Below are positions 23,001 through 36,900 of a stretch of 64,000 nucleotides of DNA, piece by piece (the first letter of the stretch is position 1; every line of letters starts with the position of its first letter). Source of the stretch: Daphnia carinata (Eukaryota); NCBI RefSeq assembly GCF_022539665.2, contig NC_081333.1, positions 11,966,001 through 12,030,000 on the forward strand. Reading direction: 5' to 3'. Position numbers and translations under genes: made by a program. A model generated the notes under the pieces. It saw only the letters and a program-made list of their open reading frames with translations. It ran no database searches and had not been told where the DNA came from.

Positions 23001-26000
23001 GATTTGGTCTCTGGATCAGCTTGCGGCAGAATCGTATCCAAATAAGTTCCCTGTTTGTTCAAACGCTCATAATTGAGACGTTCTTGAAATGCAAATCATT
23101 CTCGTGCGTACCTTGGAAAATGTGTTGCGAGCGTAGTGCATGATGGAATCGAAATCGTAGGACAAACCCAGCGAGTTGACCTCCTCCGATGTCAGTTTGT
23201 TGAAATTGTACTCCTGACCTGAAGTAAAACAAAATGGGGATCTTATTTTTACGTCTTTGCACACAAGTTGTCGGCTGGAAGAGACAAGAATCGTTATCGC
23301 TCTATCCCTCCCCGTCATTCCAATACTAATGCGTATCGAAGAGAATAGCTTTCCAGTGGCATCGTTCCAACAAAAAAAAAAAGGAGAACCATCGTACTCT
23401 AACAGTCATAAAGACTCTGGGCGAACAAACAATGATAGCATCCCACTAGAGACGTATTGATCGGGCTGCACGAAAGTCTCAAAAGTTGCACGTTAGGCAA
23501 GATTCATTAATTCGACTGGGCGGGTAAATGTATACATAAGAAAGGGTGGAAAGAAGACGTTAGAAACAAAGGAAGCGACACAGAAAGCGACTGTAGTTGA
23601 GTAGAAGAGCTTGATAAGATAGCTGTAACAATCGGAAAAAGGGGATTCTCGTATTCTTAGCTATTACCATGGAAGGCAATAGTCTGTCGATCACCTTGAC
23701 ACTAACTGTGGGGGACACAAGAGTGAGAGGGGATGAAATGACGTTGGCTTCGCAACACAAGAAGTTGATGGACACTTTGAAAATGAAAGCCTGACACGAG
23801 GCGAGACAATGGTAAACACTTTGAGGAGCTTTAAATCTCGTGCCCCACATCCAATCGTCTAGGATAAACGGAGAAACTTGGCGTTTCCTCTCGTGTTGTT
23901 CCAACAGCTTTCATGTGTTTCGCGAGAAGAAGTAAGGCCTCCAAACGAAATCAATCTCTTCCTACGTATTCGATTATTCAATCTTCCATTGGAACATTAG
24001 TGCTATCCCCAATAACTATTAGATTTAAATGAGTTTAACCAAGGTCTTTCTTTCGTTAGCTCATCGCGAAGTCGTTAGTTGTCTAGCCTTCATTGTCATT
24101 CGCTGCCCGTGTCAACAAAGGCGAATATGTTTACAGAATGACAAAGTCAACAAAAGAACATACCCGCCATGATGTTCTCGCGGATAATGTGGACGTGATT
24201 GTCTCGGTCCGGTCGCGTGTGTTCATGCTAAATTGAGAAAAAAAACACACAAAAAAAGAAAAAGGAATTAGACAAAATAAACATACAAGGGCGGACGTCT
24301 AATTCGTTGGGTATTACCCAAAAGCCAACGACGTGGCCCAGTTCGTGGACGACGATCCCAAATTTATCGCAGTTCTTTCCGATAGAAATGGCCTGCGCTC
24401 CGTTGCCTCGTTTGCCGACGAAAGAACAACATCTGAAAATAGTGAACGAGTTTGTTATCTGTTGTTATCTACAAAGAAAAAACAATAGACGGAAAGAAGC
24501 GGCTAGACACGGTTACCCGCAAGCGCGTTCGGTGAAAACGATAAAGTGAGGATGGTCGGCTGTACGTTCTACGAATTTGACGCAGGTGAAGTTTTCCCAG
24601 TGGCGCATAGCTTGCTTGAAGAGTGCCTTATGGGCCCCGGAGAAGTTGGCGTCAATCTCGTACGGGATGACTCCGAAATCCCAGATGCGCTCCTTGCGGG
24701 CCGTTGCCGCTCTCCGGGAACGGATTAACGCGCCAGGTTTCTCAGTGATCTGTCTGATCCGATCTTTGCGCTTGTTTCTCCTGGCCTTGATCGTCTTTGC
24801 GTTGAGTCTCTTTGTCGTCGTTTTGTCACCAACGGGTCGCGACGGCTTACCCTGCTCCTCATGGCCGTTGCTATGTGCTTCCTCGCTCGATAGATTCCGT
24901 TGTCCAGACGGATCCAACTCGACCAGTTCATCCTCCAGATCGCTCTTTTTCCGACGTCTAAGGATATCAATCAGAATGAAATTTAAGAACGTGAAAAGAA
25001 TAAATTCAAAAATGAAATAAAAGAGAAGAGAGAACGAAATAAGAAAACTGGATGGAGAGAAGTAGATAATAAACTGAATTGCTTTGAAAAAAGGGGATTG
25101 AGAGCATCTTCTCGTTATTGATTCACTCCAGGAAAGGAAGGAGGGGAGAAATCGAGTCAGTTGCATTCTCTCTGTATTTTTTCAGATGACGATGGTTCTT
25201 CCTCCAGACTCGCGAGTAACTGAAAAGATTTGCAGAGTCAATCGACAAGACTCTTTCACCCCTCCCGTCTTGCCTGAACCCGCGCGGATGGTTAGGAGGA
25301 AGTTGGTTACCATCACATTGAACATCTTCCGCTCAGCATTCATAAATCCTCTTCCTTTCCCCCATGCTACGCCATGCTCGACTTGTTCCCTTTTTTTCAT
25401 CTTTGCGTTTCTCTTCTTGCTTCAAAAGGAATAGAACGATGTCCGCTAGTAAACCCCCGTCTTTTTTCTTCTCAATTTCCTTTCGTTTCCCGCTCTCGGT
25501 TTCTAAAATCCTCTCGTTCCCGAATGGCCAGATTTGTTTCTATCTTTTTTTTTTTTTTTTTTTGGCTCCGATAGGTACGCGCTTTGTGTCGCACTCCGTT
25601 CTCGGGTTCGTGCAGAGCTGATTAGTAAGAAAATATGTTTTCCGAACAGGGTTTCCGAAGCATTAGTGATCGGATCAATAAATGCTCCGCTGCCCATTGA
25701 ATCCATCGAGATGGATTTTTTCTTTTCTCCTATTGGACGACACGAAAAAAAAAACTGATCTGAATATAGACTGCCGAGGATTGCATGTCGCAACAAAAGC
25801 AAAGAAGATGACAAAAAAAAAAAAAGATGAGAAAGGGTGTGGCGAGCAAACGAATTTTGTTGATTACTTCTGTTGGTAACTGGGAGCTGAAAAGAAAATC
25901 AATTGGTTTTTAAGATTGCCGACGTTGCTGAGTCAAGATTGGGGGACTCTATGAATAAGAGTAGAATTTGATTAGAGAGATTCTCGGATCAGAAAAAGAA

Positions 26001-28109
26001 AAAATTGGATTTGACGAATTGCCATGGTACTCAGACGCAATCCATCACACTATCGGTGAGATTCTACAGCTCGCCAGAGTGATATATTATCAACTATAAA
26101 AGCAAAAAATAAAAAAAGGATAACAATAACAAAAATCGACAGCAAAGACGCACAACAGTACCGTATCGATTGGTTTCGTTTTTCATATTTTTATGGCTTT
26201 TTATTAACAGATAACCTTGGCAAGCGAATTCATCGCGGCGGAAGGCTCAATGCTCGAACTGAATTTCATTCCGTGCTCGAACCCGATTTGGCGTCGCTGG
26301 CCAAAACTAACCTTTTCGCGGCATGAACTTACCCCAATGTCCAATGGCATCACAGACGGAAGGCAGGGAAAGGCGGTAGAAAAGCAAAAGGAGTATGATG
26401 GATGACTTACTCTGTGATGGATGTGTGCTTCCTGCCTTGGCGTTGCTTACCGCCCGGCTTCAGTTGCTGGCCATCGTCAGATATTTCGTCCGGCTGGAGA
26501 TGAGCAGGATGATGGAGACGTTGTTGCTGAAGGGCGGATGAGCCGTTGAAGGAAACCAAACGATCGGCCTCTTTCTCCGCTTCCGCCTGATCGCCGTCGA
26601 TCTGCCAGTCGATGAGCACTTGACCCGTCTTGACGGCCAATTTTTGCTCATGATCCCGTCTCGATTGAAGTTCGTATTCCAACTCGTAGCGAACATTGGG
26701 CAATGCAACATCACCAACGAATCCCTCTAAGAACGTAAGATTTTAATTGTTACTATCACGTTTCTAATCATTTTACGATGTTGCCCCGTGCAATGAACTT
26801 GGCTTGTTTTTCACTTGCGTAACGAGTCGATTTGAGCATCCAATTACGGGCATTTGGGTCCTTGGTAAGAAGCTAAAAAGACCTTTACGGTGTGGCTATC
26901 TGACATAACAGTCGCTAAGAGGAAATAAGCAAATTACCAAAAACGAAGCCGATCGTGTGCGCACACAGTTAAGGTTTCATCGGTGTAGCATAGTTTTCCT
27001 TTTTCTTTGTCGTTTTTCATCGGCCAATCGATTGGTTTAAAGAGAGGGGCTTCAATCGATATTTGCAATCACACAAAGACATTATTCAATTGCCCTTTGT
27101 CGGACCCTGTGACTCGTTAAAGCGATGTTTTTGCGCTCCGTTTAAGGAAAAACGTTCGCTAATTTTGCTTCTTTCGCGTTAAGGGAAATGGCACGTAAAA
27201 TTCCCTAACGAGAAGCGCAGCCAGTCAAGGACCCCCCCCCCCCCCCCCCCCCACAACCACTTGCACAAGTTTTTAAGCGTTTCGCCATTTGATAGTTGGC
27301 TCTCCATTAGCCGGGCTTCCAACCTTGATAGATGCGTGAATCGTCGGGAAAAAAAAAGAAACGGGTCAACAGTCAACACTTTGGGCATGTCTTTATTGGC
27401 CCCGTTTTCTTTTTCTTGAAGACGTCCAAATGGAATGCAAAATAAGCCAAGAGAGTCTGCAAAAATAACGCAAAGACTGAGCGTGTTCGAAGAACTAAAT
27501 ATTCAAAGAGACGATCGCTTCAGCACTTGAAAAGCTACGAATATGTAGGTCGTCGTAAGGAGGAACATCTCGAATCGATTTGATGAAATATGCAACTACG
27601 TAAAACTGTTGTTGACTTGGAAAAGGTTCGCACATTCTTTGAATTTATCGATCTAACTATTGAGAAACTGGACTATTTTTCACGAAAATTGGGGCTTTGG
27701 GGAACAAAGAAAATGATTTCTAACGCCTGGTCGACGTTCATCAAACCATTGCAGACCTTCTCCCCCCTATGTGATTATCTACTTGCCTAAGGAATGCTGA
27801 GTTGGAACAAATGCGATTTGCATAATGTGCCGAAGGTCGTGAATTGAAATAAGAATACAAGTGGGCACTGAACTCAATGCACTTGCAATTGGCTTTCTTA
27901 CCTGCTTTACAAGGATCCAGGTAGATGTCGTCGGATATCCGGTGCGGAAAGCGTTTGGTCAGTAGTTGTTGAATGCTAAAGTCGTCGGCGGAGGCGGCCG
28001 ATTGCGGCCCGGCCAGGAACGCAGAAGCGATGATTACAAGACCCACACGAAACAAAACGATGGCGGACGGCCGTCTGCCTACGACCGGACCCGTTATGGA
28101 CGGATGCAT
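20030..28109 (-). CDS. Tolloid/BMP1-family astacin metalloprotease (tolloid-like/tolkin): signal-pro-astacin-CUB-CUB-EGF-CUB-EGF-CUB-CUB
   Basis: Exon 1 (28109-27902) has a hydrophobic signal and [10 protein letters not shown]. Exon 2 (26726-26411) has GFVGDVAL. Exon 24957-24517 carries the furin site [21 protein letters not shown]. The Zn motif [19 protein letters not shown] spans exons 24432-24318 and 24227-24164. The Met-turn SIMHY is in exon 23218-23112. CUB and Ca-EGF exons lie between ~22850 and 20350, and the last exon (20191-20030) ends in TGA. Exact orthology (tld versus tok/BMP1) cannot be settled by eye. Confidence 0.96.
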
Positions 28110-29054
28110 CTTAATGATTTCCTCTTACAGCGAGGAAGTTGGCTAAACAGAAGCAAAAGAAAACAAAGAAGACAACGTCTTTCTTTTATTTTCTCCAGTC
28201 GCTCAAACTGACCCCCCGCACTGCTCCGACTGGATAACCTTCTTTCTTCGTACACGTACGAAAACAGAAACAGTTAAAAAAGAAATAAAGCACCAAACTA
28301 ACGCTATTTTTAGGTAGGCTCACAATCGGCTTGTTCTTCCTTTTTAATCGCTAGACCCAATGGGACTGTCCCCTCCAACGAAAAAAACGTAGCTGCTCGA
28401 AGATGAATCGACTCTCCTCTTTCGCTTCTTTGGCGAGGGGCTATCTTCTAATTCTCCTTGTGGTCAGCAACAGCGCACGCAAACTTGTACATTTGATGAT
28501 TTTGATTGAATATCAGCTGTCTTTAGTTTGATCACTATTGAAACCGGAACCGTCGATTTGTAGATGGAATTTGTATTAATAAGCAAACAAGGGACGACGC
28601 GGCTTGTCACTGACACCAAAAGAACCACTTTGAAAATAACAGACGGCTGGGGAACAAGAAGAATCACAGCGCGATGTTGTCGAAGTTCGCTGCTCTCGTT
28701 GATGGGACAGATCGATCCGCTTCACGTTCCCATGTCATCTCAAAATGTTCCAGATTTTTATTTTTGTTGTATTTCACCGCTGAAAGATGAAATGACAGCA
28801 TACACTCAACACTGGGCGAAAAACAAGACGATGGGGTTTCAAAAAAAAATAATAATAATTTTGTTTTTCTTCTTTTAGTTGTCTGTGTTGACGAAGATCG
28901 GATGGGGGTTAAAATGGGGGCTGACGTCGCTGAGAGCGCGTGTGGACACCACCGCGGCTCAGCGTCGAGTGGTGCTTGTGCCCGTCTCGACCCGGCCAAG
29001 AAGGAGATGGGACAAGGAGGAGAAGGAAAAAAAAAGAAAAGAAAAGGAGATAGA

Positions 29055-29093
29055 AAGAAGAAGAAGAAGAAGAAGAAGAAGTAGAAGAAGAAG
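29055..29093. repeat. (AAG)n microsatellite in a purine-rich tract upstream of the tolloid-like gene
   Basis: About 13 AAG units with one interruption; explains the poly-R and poly-K ORF-track entries here. Confidence 0.9.
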
Positions 29094-29673
29094 GGGGCTA
29101 TATCTAACCTTAAGACATAAAGTCAGAAGAAGAAACTAAGAAAGAGGGAGGAATATTTACACAAAGACATTTACAACCCTCTCTGTCTTTCCTTTTCCAC
29201 CAGTTTTCTTTTTGCTTTTTATTATTTTTGGTTTCATTTTTGGGTGTGTTTTTAAGCGAAACGAAAAGGAGGTTGAATGTCCAAGTAAAATATTGTATGA
29301 GTGATTCCCCCTTTTTGTGTTTTTTTAAATGACGAAATCGAGGATTTTTTGTTTCCGGCCACCCTTATTATTTAAATTGTTGCTTAACCCGCTCTTCGGA
29401 TGATGCCGGCATGGAATAGCACTTACCCGATAGGCCCAAAAACGAGAAATTTCCAAACCCGTATCGGCAAAGGTTTTTTAAAAAAGAGTACTCACTCAGA
29501 GTACGCTGAATGTTGGGTGGAGGCATTGATAGATGAGCGGGATCGCATGTTAACATATGTACGTCAAACGAAATAAGGAATATAAAGAAAGCCAACCCAT
29601 GGGGTAAACAGGTGGAATAGTTTTCTACGCACTGTTTGTTTTTGTTTCGCAATCAGGAAATAAACAAATAAAA

Positions 29674-31616
29674 TTAAAAGGGGACGTTTTAGTTGACGCA
29701 CCTGCTTTTATCAGTTGTGTTACGTAACCTATTGCAATTTGACATTGGATGTGTATACTGTGTACGTAGATAACATTCGTTGCACATGTTTATATTTTTG
29801 TGGATTTATTAATAAACGTAAAAAACGGGTTAGCGCAGTTGGTGCGCTAGCGCACTACATCACATTTATTTGGTATATTTCAAAAGCAGCTGATTTGACG
29901 AGAAAACCAATCGTTTTTTCCGAATCTGCATTTAATTTTGAATATATCGTGTGATTTTTTATGCATTCCAAGAGATATTGATTTTTTTGCAGATTTTGAT
30001 AAAAGTGAGAAGGGTATAGCCTTCCCACTTTTCCATTTTTGGCTAAAATCTAGATATCGTTTGGAATACATGATTTCGATTCAAAATTGAATGTAAATCA
30101 CGAATATCAAGTTTATTTAGATGCAACTCTAATAGTTTATGAGTTATTTCAATTCGAAGTGGTTAGTCTAAAACCCCTTTAATTCGGTTTTACTCAAAAA
30201 CCACTCAACTGATTGCAAAACTAATATTTTACCCCAAAAAATGGTCAGGTTTGGTTACAGCAAATTATGTTTAATTGAATTCCAGATATTTTTCGTAAAA
30301 AAGTTGGCCTTCAAAAACAAGCCCGACAAAATAAGCCTGGGAAAATAAGCCCGACTTTATCAATCGTAATCATATTGTTTAAAAATCTATATGGAGTTAT
30401 GAAAATACATTATTTAGAATCCAAATGGAACGAGAATCACGAATATCGACCATGTTTTTACCTGGAACTTGTGTTTTGTTTTTATAAAAGTAAAAAACCG
30501 TTTAACAAAGTTCTGAGAATCCCGAATATTCACTTTACTTTTTCGTGGTACTAGTGGTTTTTCAAATAACGGTAAAAAACGGGTTCACGCAGTGCGCCAG
30601 TACGTTCTGGCGCTGGCGTGCCACATCACATTTATTCGCTATATTTCAAAAACAGCTGATTTGTAGAAAAATCGAATCCATTTTCTTGAATCAGCATTAA
30701 ATTTGGAGTATACTGTGGGATTTTAAAGGAATTTCAAGTGATATGGATTTTTTACTGATTTTAACAAAAGTGAGAAGGCTATAGCCTTCCCACTTTTACA
30801 TTTTTGGCTAAATTTTAAATTTCGCTTAAAATACATGATTTCGATTCAGAATTAAATGCTGATCACAGAAATTCAATTTATTTTGCAATTGGCCTTATGG
30901 TTTTTAAATTAAACGTAAAAAACCTAAAAATAAAAAAAGTCGGGCTTATTTTTTCGGGCTTATTTAGTCGGGCTTAAATTTTTTTTCTGCAAAAAATGAC
31001 ACTCATAGGAATTGGTTGAATATCACAGGATATTCTCAAAATTGAATGCTGATTCCGGGAGAAACGCTACTTTTTTTTCTTAAGTTAATCTTTTTTAGAA
31101 TACACCGAATGTTTGACACAATGCTAGCGCGCCAGTATGCTGCAGCGTTAGCGCGATGCAGCAGAAATATTCGGGGTATTTCCTAAATGGTTGAGTTAAT
31201 GAAAAAAAATACCTTTTTTATCGGAATCAGCATACAATTTTGAGTATATCCTGTGATACTCTACCAATTCCGATGAGTGCCGGTTTTTGCAATAAAAAAA
31301 TTTAAGCCCGACTAAATAAGTCCGACAAAATAAGCCCGACTTTTTCTATTTTTTGAATTTTTGTTCCAAAAACCTAAATGCAAGTATGAAAATATATGAT
31401 TTAGGTTTAAAATTAAACGAGAAACACAAAAGTTAACGCCCTTTTAATGTGAGATTTATAGTTTTCGAGTTATTCAAATTCAAAGTGGTTACGCTGAAAC
31501 CATGTTGATTCCCATTAATTCAAAAGCTCTACATTATTATTATTATTATTTTATGGATAACGAATAGTACTGCACTACAACAGTAATTCCACACTTAAAA
31601 CTAATGTTATCCCCTA
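29674..31616. mobile_element. Non-autonomous MITE/foldback-like element with internal direct and inverted repeats; ends uncertain
   Basis: A ~300-bp diverged direct repeat (~29817-30120 versus ~30570-30890). A ~130-bp inverted repeat (~30930-31057 versus ~31223-31350). Clusters of ~14-bp AAATAAGCCCGAC repeats at ~30318-30356, ~30938-30975 (inverted) and ~31303-31341. The block at ~30130-30175 recurs at ~31457-31502. The left end TTAAAAGGGGACGTT resembles inverted candidates at ~31435-31447 and ~31600-31617. No ORF. Confidence 0.65.
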
Positions 31617-33911
31617 ACAACCACCCTCTGTTAAAAACTGATGGTGATCCACGAAGGTGGATTTATAATTTCGTCAAGTTGTTGACCACTGTCCTCATAT
31701 GGAAGCAATTGATCTTACACAACAAAACTCTTCGCCGCTTGAGTCTGAATTCGATCTCGCTGACATTCCCCAGGTACCGACTTTGAAAAAAGAAGAACCT
31801 CTTTCTCTCCTCAAAAATTGGATTTCTTTTTGTGATCCTCCTCTTTCCCCAGTTGGTATTTGGTTTCCGATTCCGGTTTCCGAAAGTTGTTTTTCTTTTT
31901 CCACCGACAGACAGTTGATTCTTAAAGTTTTTCCCTCCCTTTTTTTTTCTCTACGTGACAACAGACACGCAATCCAAAGCGTCTACAATCTTCCATTCTA
32001 TTCATACGATACCCAACAGTGTGAGAAAACGAGAAGCCGAGATTCCATTTCCTATATACGTTCAATCAGATGTAGTTATCCATCTCCGGAGACTCACGTA
32101 ACACGCAGTTTACACGGCTCCGAATCCCAGCTATGGGATGGAAATAAATTACCGTGATAAACATCGCCCCCCCCTCCCTGTCCACATCGCCCAACCCAAT
32201 CCAACTCGGGTTTATTATTTTCTTCTTTTCGTTTATGTGTCCTATCTTTTAAATTGAATTTGAATTTAGTTTTCGATCCATTGGACACTATAGCAACAAG
32301 AGCTTGCCAACAGCAATAAAAAATGGACATTGAACAAGCAGAACACTACCAGATGATTCTCTATTGTTTTGTTCGCAGTCATTCATTCTTTTTTTTTTAA
32401 ATTTCATTAATGTTTTTTTTTTAAGTGACATATCTGTTTGTTTTTTTTTTTTTTTCGGAGGTTTCTGTGAACGCTGTGTGATGAAAATGTACAGCAATGT
32501 GTAATGTGATAGGATATGGGGGGCGGTTGGGTAAACAAGGGTTAGAAAAGGGAGGAAAATAACACACTATATTCTGCTTTTTTTTTTAAAGAAGGGGGTT
32601 ATACGTGAAGAGGAGGAAAAAAGAAGAAGAATTTTGGCGTTTCGAAGACCGTTCAATAGAGATAGTTACACATATTTAACAACCGTTTGTTGTTTTGTTA
32701 ATTAAATAGCATAGATCGCGTCGAGGGGGGAAAAAAGGAAGTGACAGGAGGGCGCAGAAGGGAGGCAATACATTTATACAAATGTCACGGTGAGTATTTC
32801 AGATTGCATATTCGAAAAAAGGAGAAAAAAAAAGATGGGCATTGTAAATCGATATTGTAGGCCAAAAACGGGAGGGACGCCGAGAATGATACGATGATCA
32901 TTTCTGCCACGAGCGAAGAATTGAATGGAAACTTCATTTTTGAATTTATTGTAGAAAAATGAAATTCGAATTTTTTGGCAAGACAATTTTTTGTTGAATT
33001 TTTTTGTTTTCTTTATGTTTGTGTATGATCGGCATTGGAGCGGATGGACATAATCGTGAGAAAAAAAGAAATCGCCCTGTGTGGTCATATAACGCATGCA
33101 ATTTACATGATTTTCGGAAAACAATGGTATTTAGAAAACAAACAGAATCACTGCAACGTTTGTTGTTTACTTGCGAAGACATGCAAATTGTTCAAGAGTT
33201 TAAAAACAAGACAAAAAAAAAAAGAACTAAACAAACAAGTTGATTCTATTTTCCGAGAAAAAAAAATGTGTAGTCATACTGTTAGTCAAATATTATAATG
33301 AACAAAACGCGCACAGAACGAAAATTAAATGAAAAAAATACGTCGACATCGAGGTCCAAATGATTCCAGCAAACATGCTTTCTCTCTTCGGACCTCGTGC
33401 TGTAATTTTTGTTATTCATCATGGGATTGGGGAAAAGCGAGCTCTTTTTTTCTTATTACTTCATTTGTTTGGGGTTAATGTTTTTGTTATTTTTTTTTTT
33501 TTGTAATTATGTTTTTTTACTGTACATTTTTTAATTTGATTTCTCCCGTGTCGCCTCCAGTGGTGCCGGTTCCTCCTCCGATCTGTCCCATTAATTTAAA
33601 TCGTCCGATGCGCTCGTTGTGTTCGGGCGTCCTGCGCAATTTAATTCCATTCAAAGCAAGGCATAAAAGTTCGGGTTTTTTAAACGAATCGAAAGGTCAT
33701 AGGAAAGGTAAAAATTTTAAACTATTTCCCATACGCTATCGACCTTTTTTGTTTTGTTTTAAACGTTTGAAAAAGTGATGCGTGGGATGAATGTGAAAAA
33801 GCAGTGCACAATTAATTTCTCTTAACTTTGTTTTTTTTCGGGGTTTTTTTTTGGGAGGGAAGTTTTCATACAGAAAATGCTAGAGAGGATTGAAGGAAAA
33901 GTTTGAAATAT

Positions 33912-36900
33912 TTACACATCGTCATAGTCGTCTTCGTCTTCGTAATCAATAGAGTCGGGTGTGGTTGTTGTCGTAGTAGTTGGCCCAGCTGGTCGGTTGG
34001 TGCTGCTTCCCGACGCGCCGTAAGACTGAAATCATCATCAACAGACGTAGATTCATTAAAAGCCCATTCCCGTTTGCCAGACAAAAAAGAAAATCAAGGA
34101 CCCCTCTTATTAATAATAGAGTGTACACTGCAGCTAACTAAAATGTTCGCCAGCTGTCGCAACTATGTCCCTTTTCCAAGGTTTTTGATTTGATTAGTTC
34201 TGACATGATGCCGCAACATCCTCATCAACCATACGTTTAATTAACGCACTACGTTTGCCCAAAATTGATGCTCTTCATTATGCTTTACGTCTACAAATGA
34301 ATCTTATTTTGTTTTTATATATTAAGACAAAGATGGTGATTACTCACTGGTACGTTTCCTGGTCTCCATCCGCATCCGGGAATGGGAAAGCCGTCCGAAC
34401 CTAACGGGCATGGTGCATCCAATCCTGGGGAACCCTGTTCACCTCGCGGTCCTCTTTCGCCTTTCTTGCCTTTCTTTCCCATCATTCCCTACAAAGTAAG
34501 ACATGGTTCTATAGTTGATACGCTACAAAATATGTGTACAGGTTATTTGATTTGTATCGCTTACCAGGTCACCTTTAGTTCCTTTTTCTCCCTTCTCACC
34601 CTAAAATGGAGAATTAACGGAGATGCGTTAAAAATGCGGTACTTAATTCACTTTGGATGGGATCCAAGCGTCATGCGGGCAACGAATGTCACTACTTTAA
34701 AAAGAACTAAAAGGAGGACAGCCAAGACAACTATGGGACTGCGTTTTTTTTAGTGCGAGGTTTTCGAGCAAACGAAAGTTACATTTAGTGGACTACCTTG
34801 ATTCCAGGTATTCCATCAGTCCCCTATGTTAAACAAGATCAGGAATCCAAACAAGGTTGATCAAAATGGTCAGGATTTTTTTTTTAGTAAGAAAATTTAG
34901 TTGGGGTTAAACAAAATAAAAAAAAAAGGGCTACAGAATGAAATCATGCAAATAAATGTGTTAAATTAATGATCTAAAAACCGAGTCAAAGTTTATAAAT
35001 AGTTAACGGAAACAATCTAGAGTCGTGAAGCGCCCAAAATTGTTCGTATTTTTATGATTTACCGGTAGACCAGGTTCGCCTCGCTCTCCTTTTCTGCCCG
35101 GCTCTCCTCTGCCTCCTTTGAGTCCGTCAAGACCGTTGGGTCCCTGTTTTTCATTTGATGATAATCAAAGTGGAAAGAAATGAACATGTGAGACGCGCAT
35201 TTAGACTTCAAATTAAAACGTTGCATGCCGAACAGATAAAAGTAAAACCGTCAACCAAAGTTCTATGTTCGCTAACTCAACCGAGGTATCGGGAAGGCTA
35301 TGGCGGTGTGTTATTGGGGTAAAATTTGTGTGCACAAAAAAAAGTAAAGCTTCATTTTAAAAAATAACCGGGTAGATGTTAGTGATGTGCCCATGTCGAT
35401 TTGGGCGTGCTTCGATTTTCCCTTTCGTCCGTCTTACCATTGGGCCCATTTTGCCTAAATCACCTGGCCGTCCTGGCTCTCCGCGCAATCCCATTGGTCC
35501 CTAAATGTTAATAAAAGACGATTTAATTCATATATTTTTTTCACGTTTAATTTGATAGACTTATTACCGGAAGGCCAATCGGCCCAGAGTCGCCCTTTTC
35601 ACCTCTTTCGCCCTGTTTAAAATTCAATTAATTATGTGATATGATAAGAGGAAATAAGAGGACACATACCGCTTCGCCTTTAGTGCCATCGTTGCCTCTA
35701 TCTCCTTTGATCCCAGGTGGGCCTTGTAGTCCAGAAGGTCCTATTGTAATTAAATAATTTAGCGATTGAAAATGATTCAAACTGAAACTAGAAAATGCAC
35801 GTACCTGGTGGTCCTGGAGGTCCTGGAGCTCCCATAACCTATTCGTCCCAATGACAGACAGTGATTGTTTAATACAAACTATTTACGTGGCATAATGAAG
35901 TTGATGTTGTTGACTTACAACTTCAGTGAGGACTCCATCGATTGCGCCATCCCCTTGCTGAAAATGAAAACAATTTTGGTCGTTATAAATAGAGAAACAT
36001 TGTGAAGCTGATGTGTTAAAGAATGGATATTAAAAATGAGGGGGTGTTAAATTCAAAGCGACTAAAATACAAGTCAGATCTTTGTCATACGACCATGAAA
36101 CAAAGGTCAGATTCAATTCAATTATTCACAGCATTCAAAACGAGCTTAGAAAGAAATGCCCTTCAACAAGCGGACCATCAAGCTACAAAGCAAAGTGACG
36201 TGCACTACTATAAAACATTCAGCTTACTGCAGTACAGGTATCTTACCAGAACCGAATAATACAATTAAACAAAAAAGCAGGAGTCTAAACAGTTTTGATA
36301 ACAGCGTACGGACTTTCATGTTTTTTTTGTTTTTGTTTTAAAGGCACAAAAGGTTTTCAACAGGTAAAATTATGAGTTGCATTTACAGATCGTAAAAAAA
36401 AGTATGAAATTTACCTGTCTTCTCCTGAGTTTTTTGTATTTCTGTGCATCGCATTGGGGTTTTTGGTCCATCATAGAGAAGTGGAAGAGAGCACCGCAGA
36501 CCAAAAGACAAACGTGTTGCGTTGTTTTTGAATGAGGAAATGAAAGTAGAAAGAGAAAAAAAACAAAAAACAAACAAACAATAAAACGAATGAGAAGAGT
36601 TTTGTGATTTTCAATCAAATTATCAGGAAAATGGCATGGACAATAGCACTACATGCGCTTTCAATCAATACGCTAATCCAAGCCTCTATTTGACGTTATG
36701 CCTCATCTAAAATGTCAGTAGATTGAGACAATCAAATGCAAAAGGAACCTGGCCAATTCCTTTGTGTGCGTCTTGCCAATGGCACAGGAATAAGTGTAAG
36801 AGTAAGATGATATTCAAAGAAATTTGGTGATGCAAGAAGAAAATCCTAAGGTGCCAACGCCTTGCAATGATATACGAAACTGGCAGTCACATGTAAAAAA

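Noticed and set aside
28879..29139. Poly-Arg and poly-Lys ORFs
   Set aside because: Translation of the (AAG)n microsatellite.
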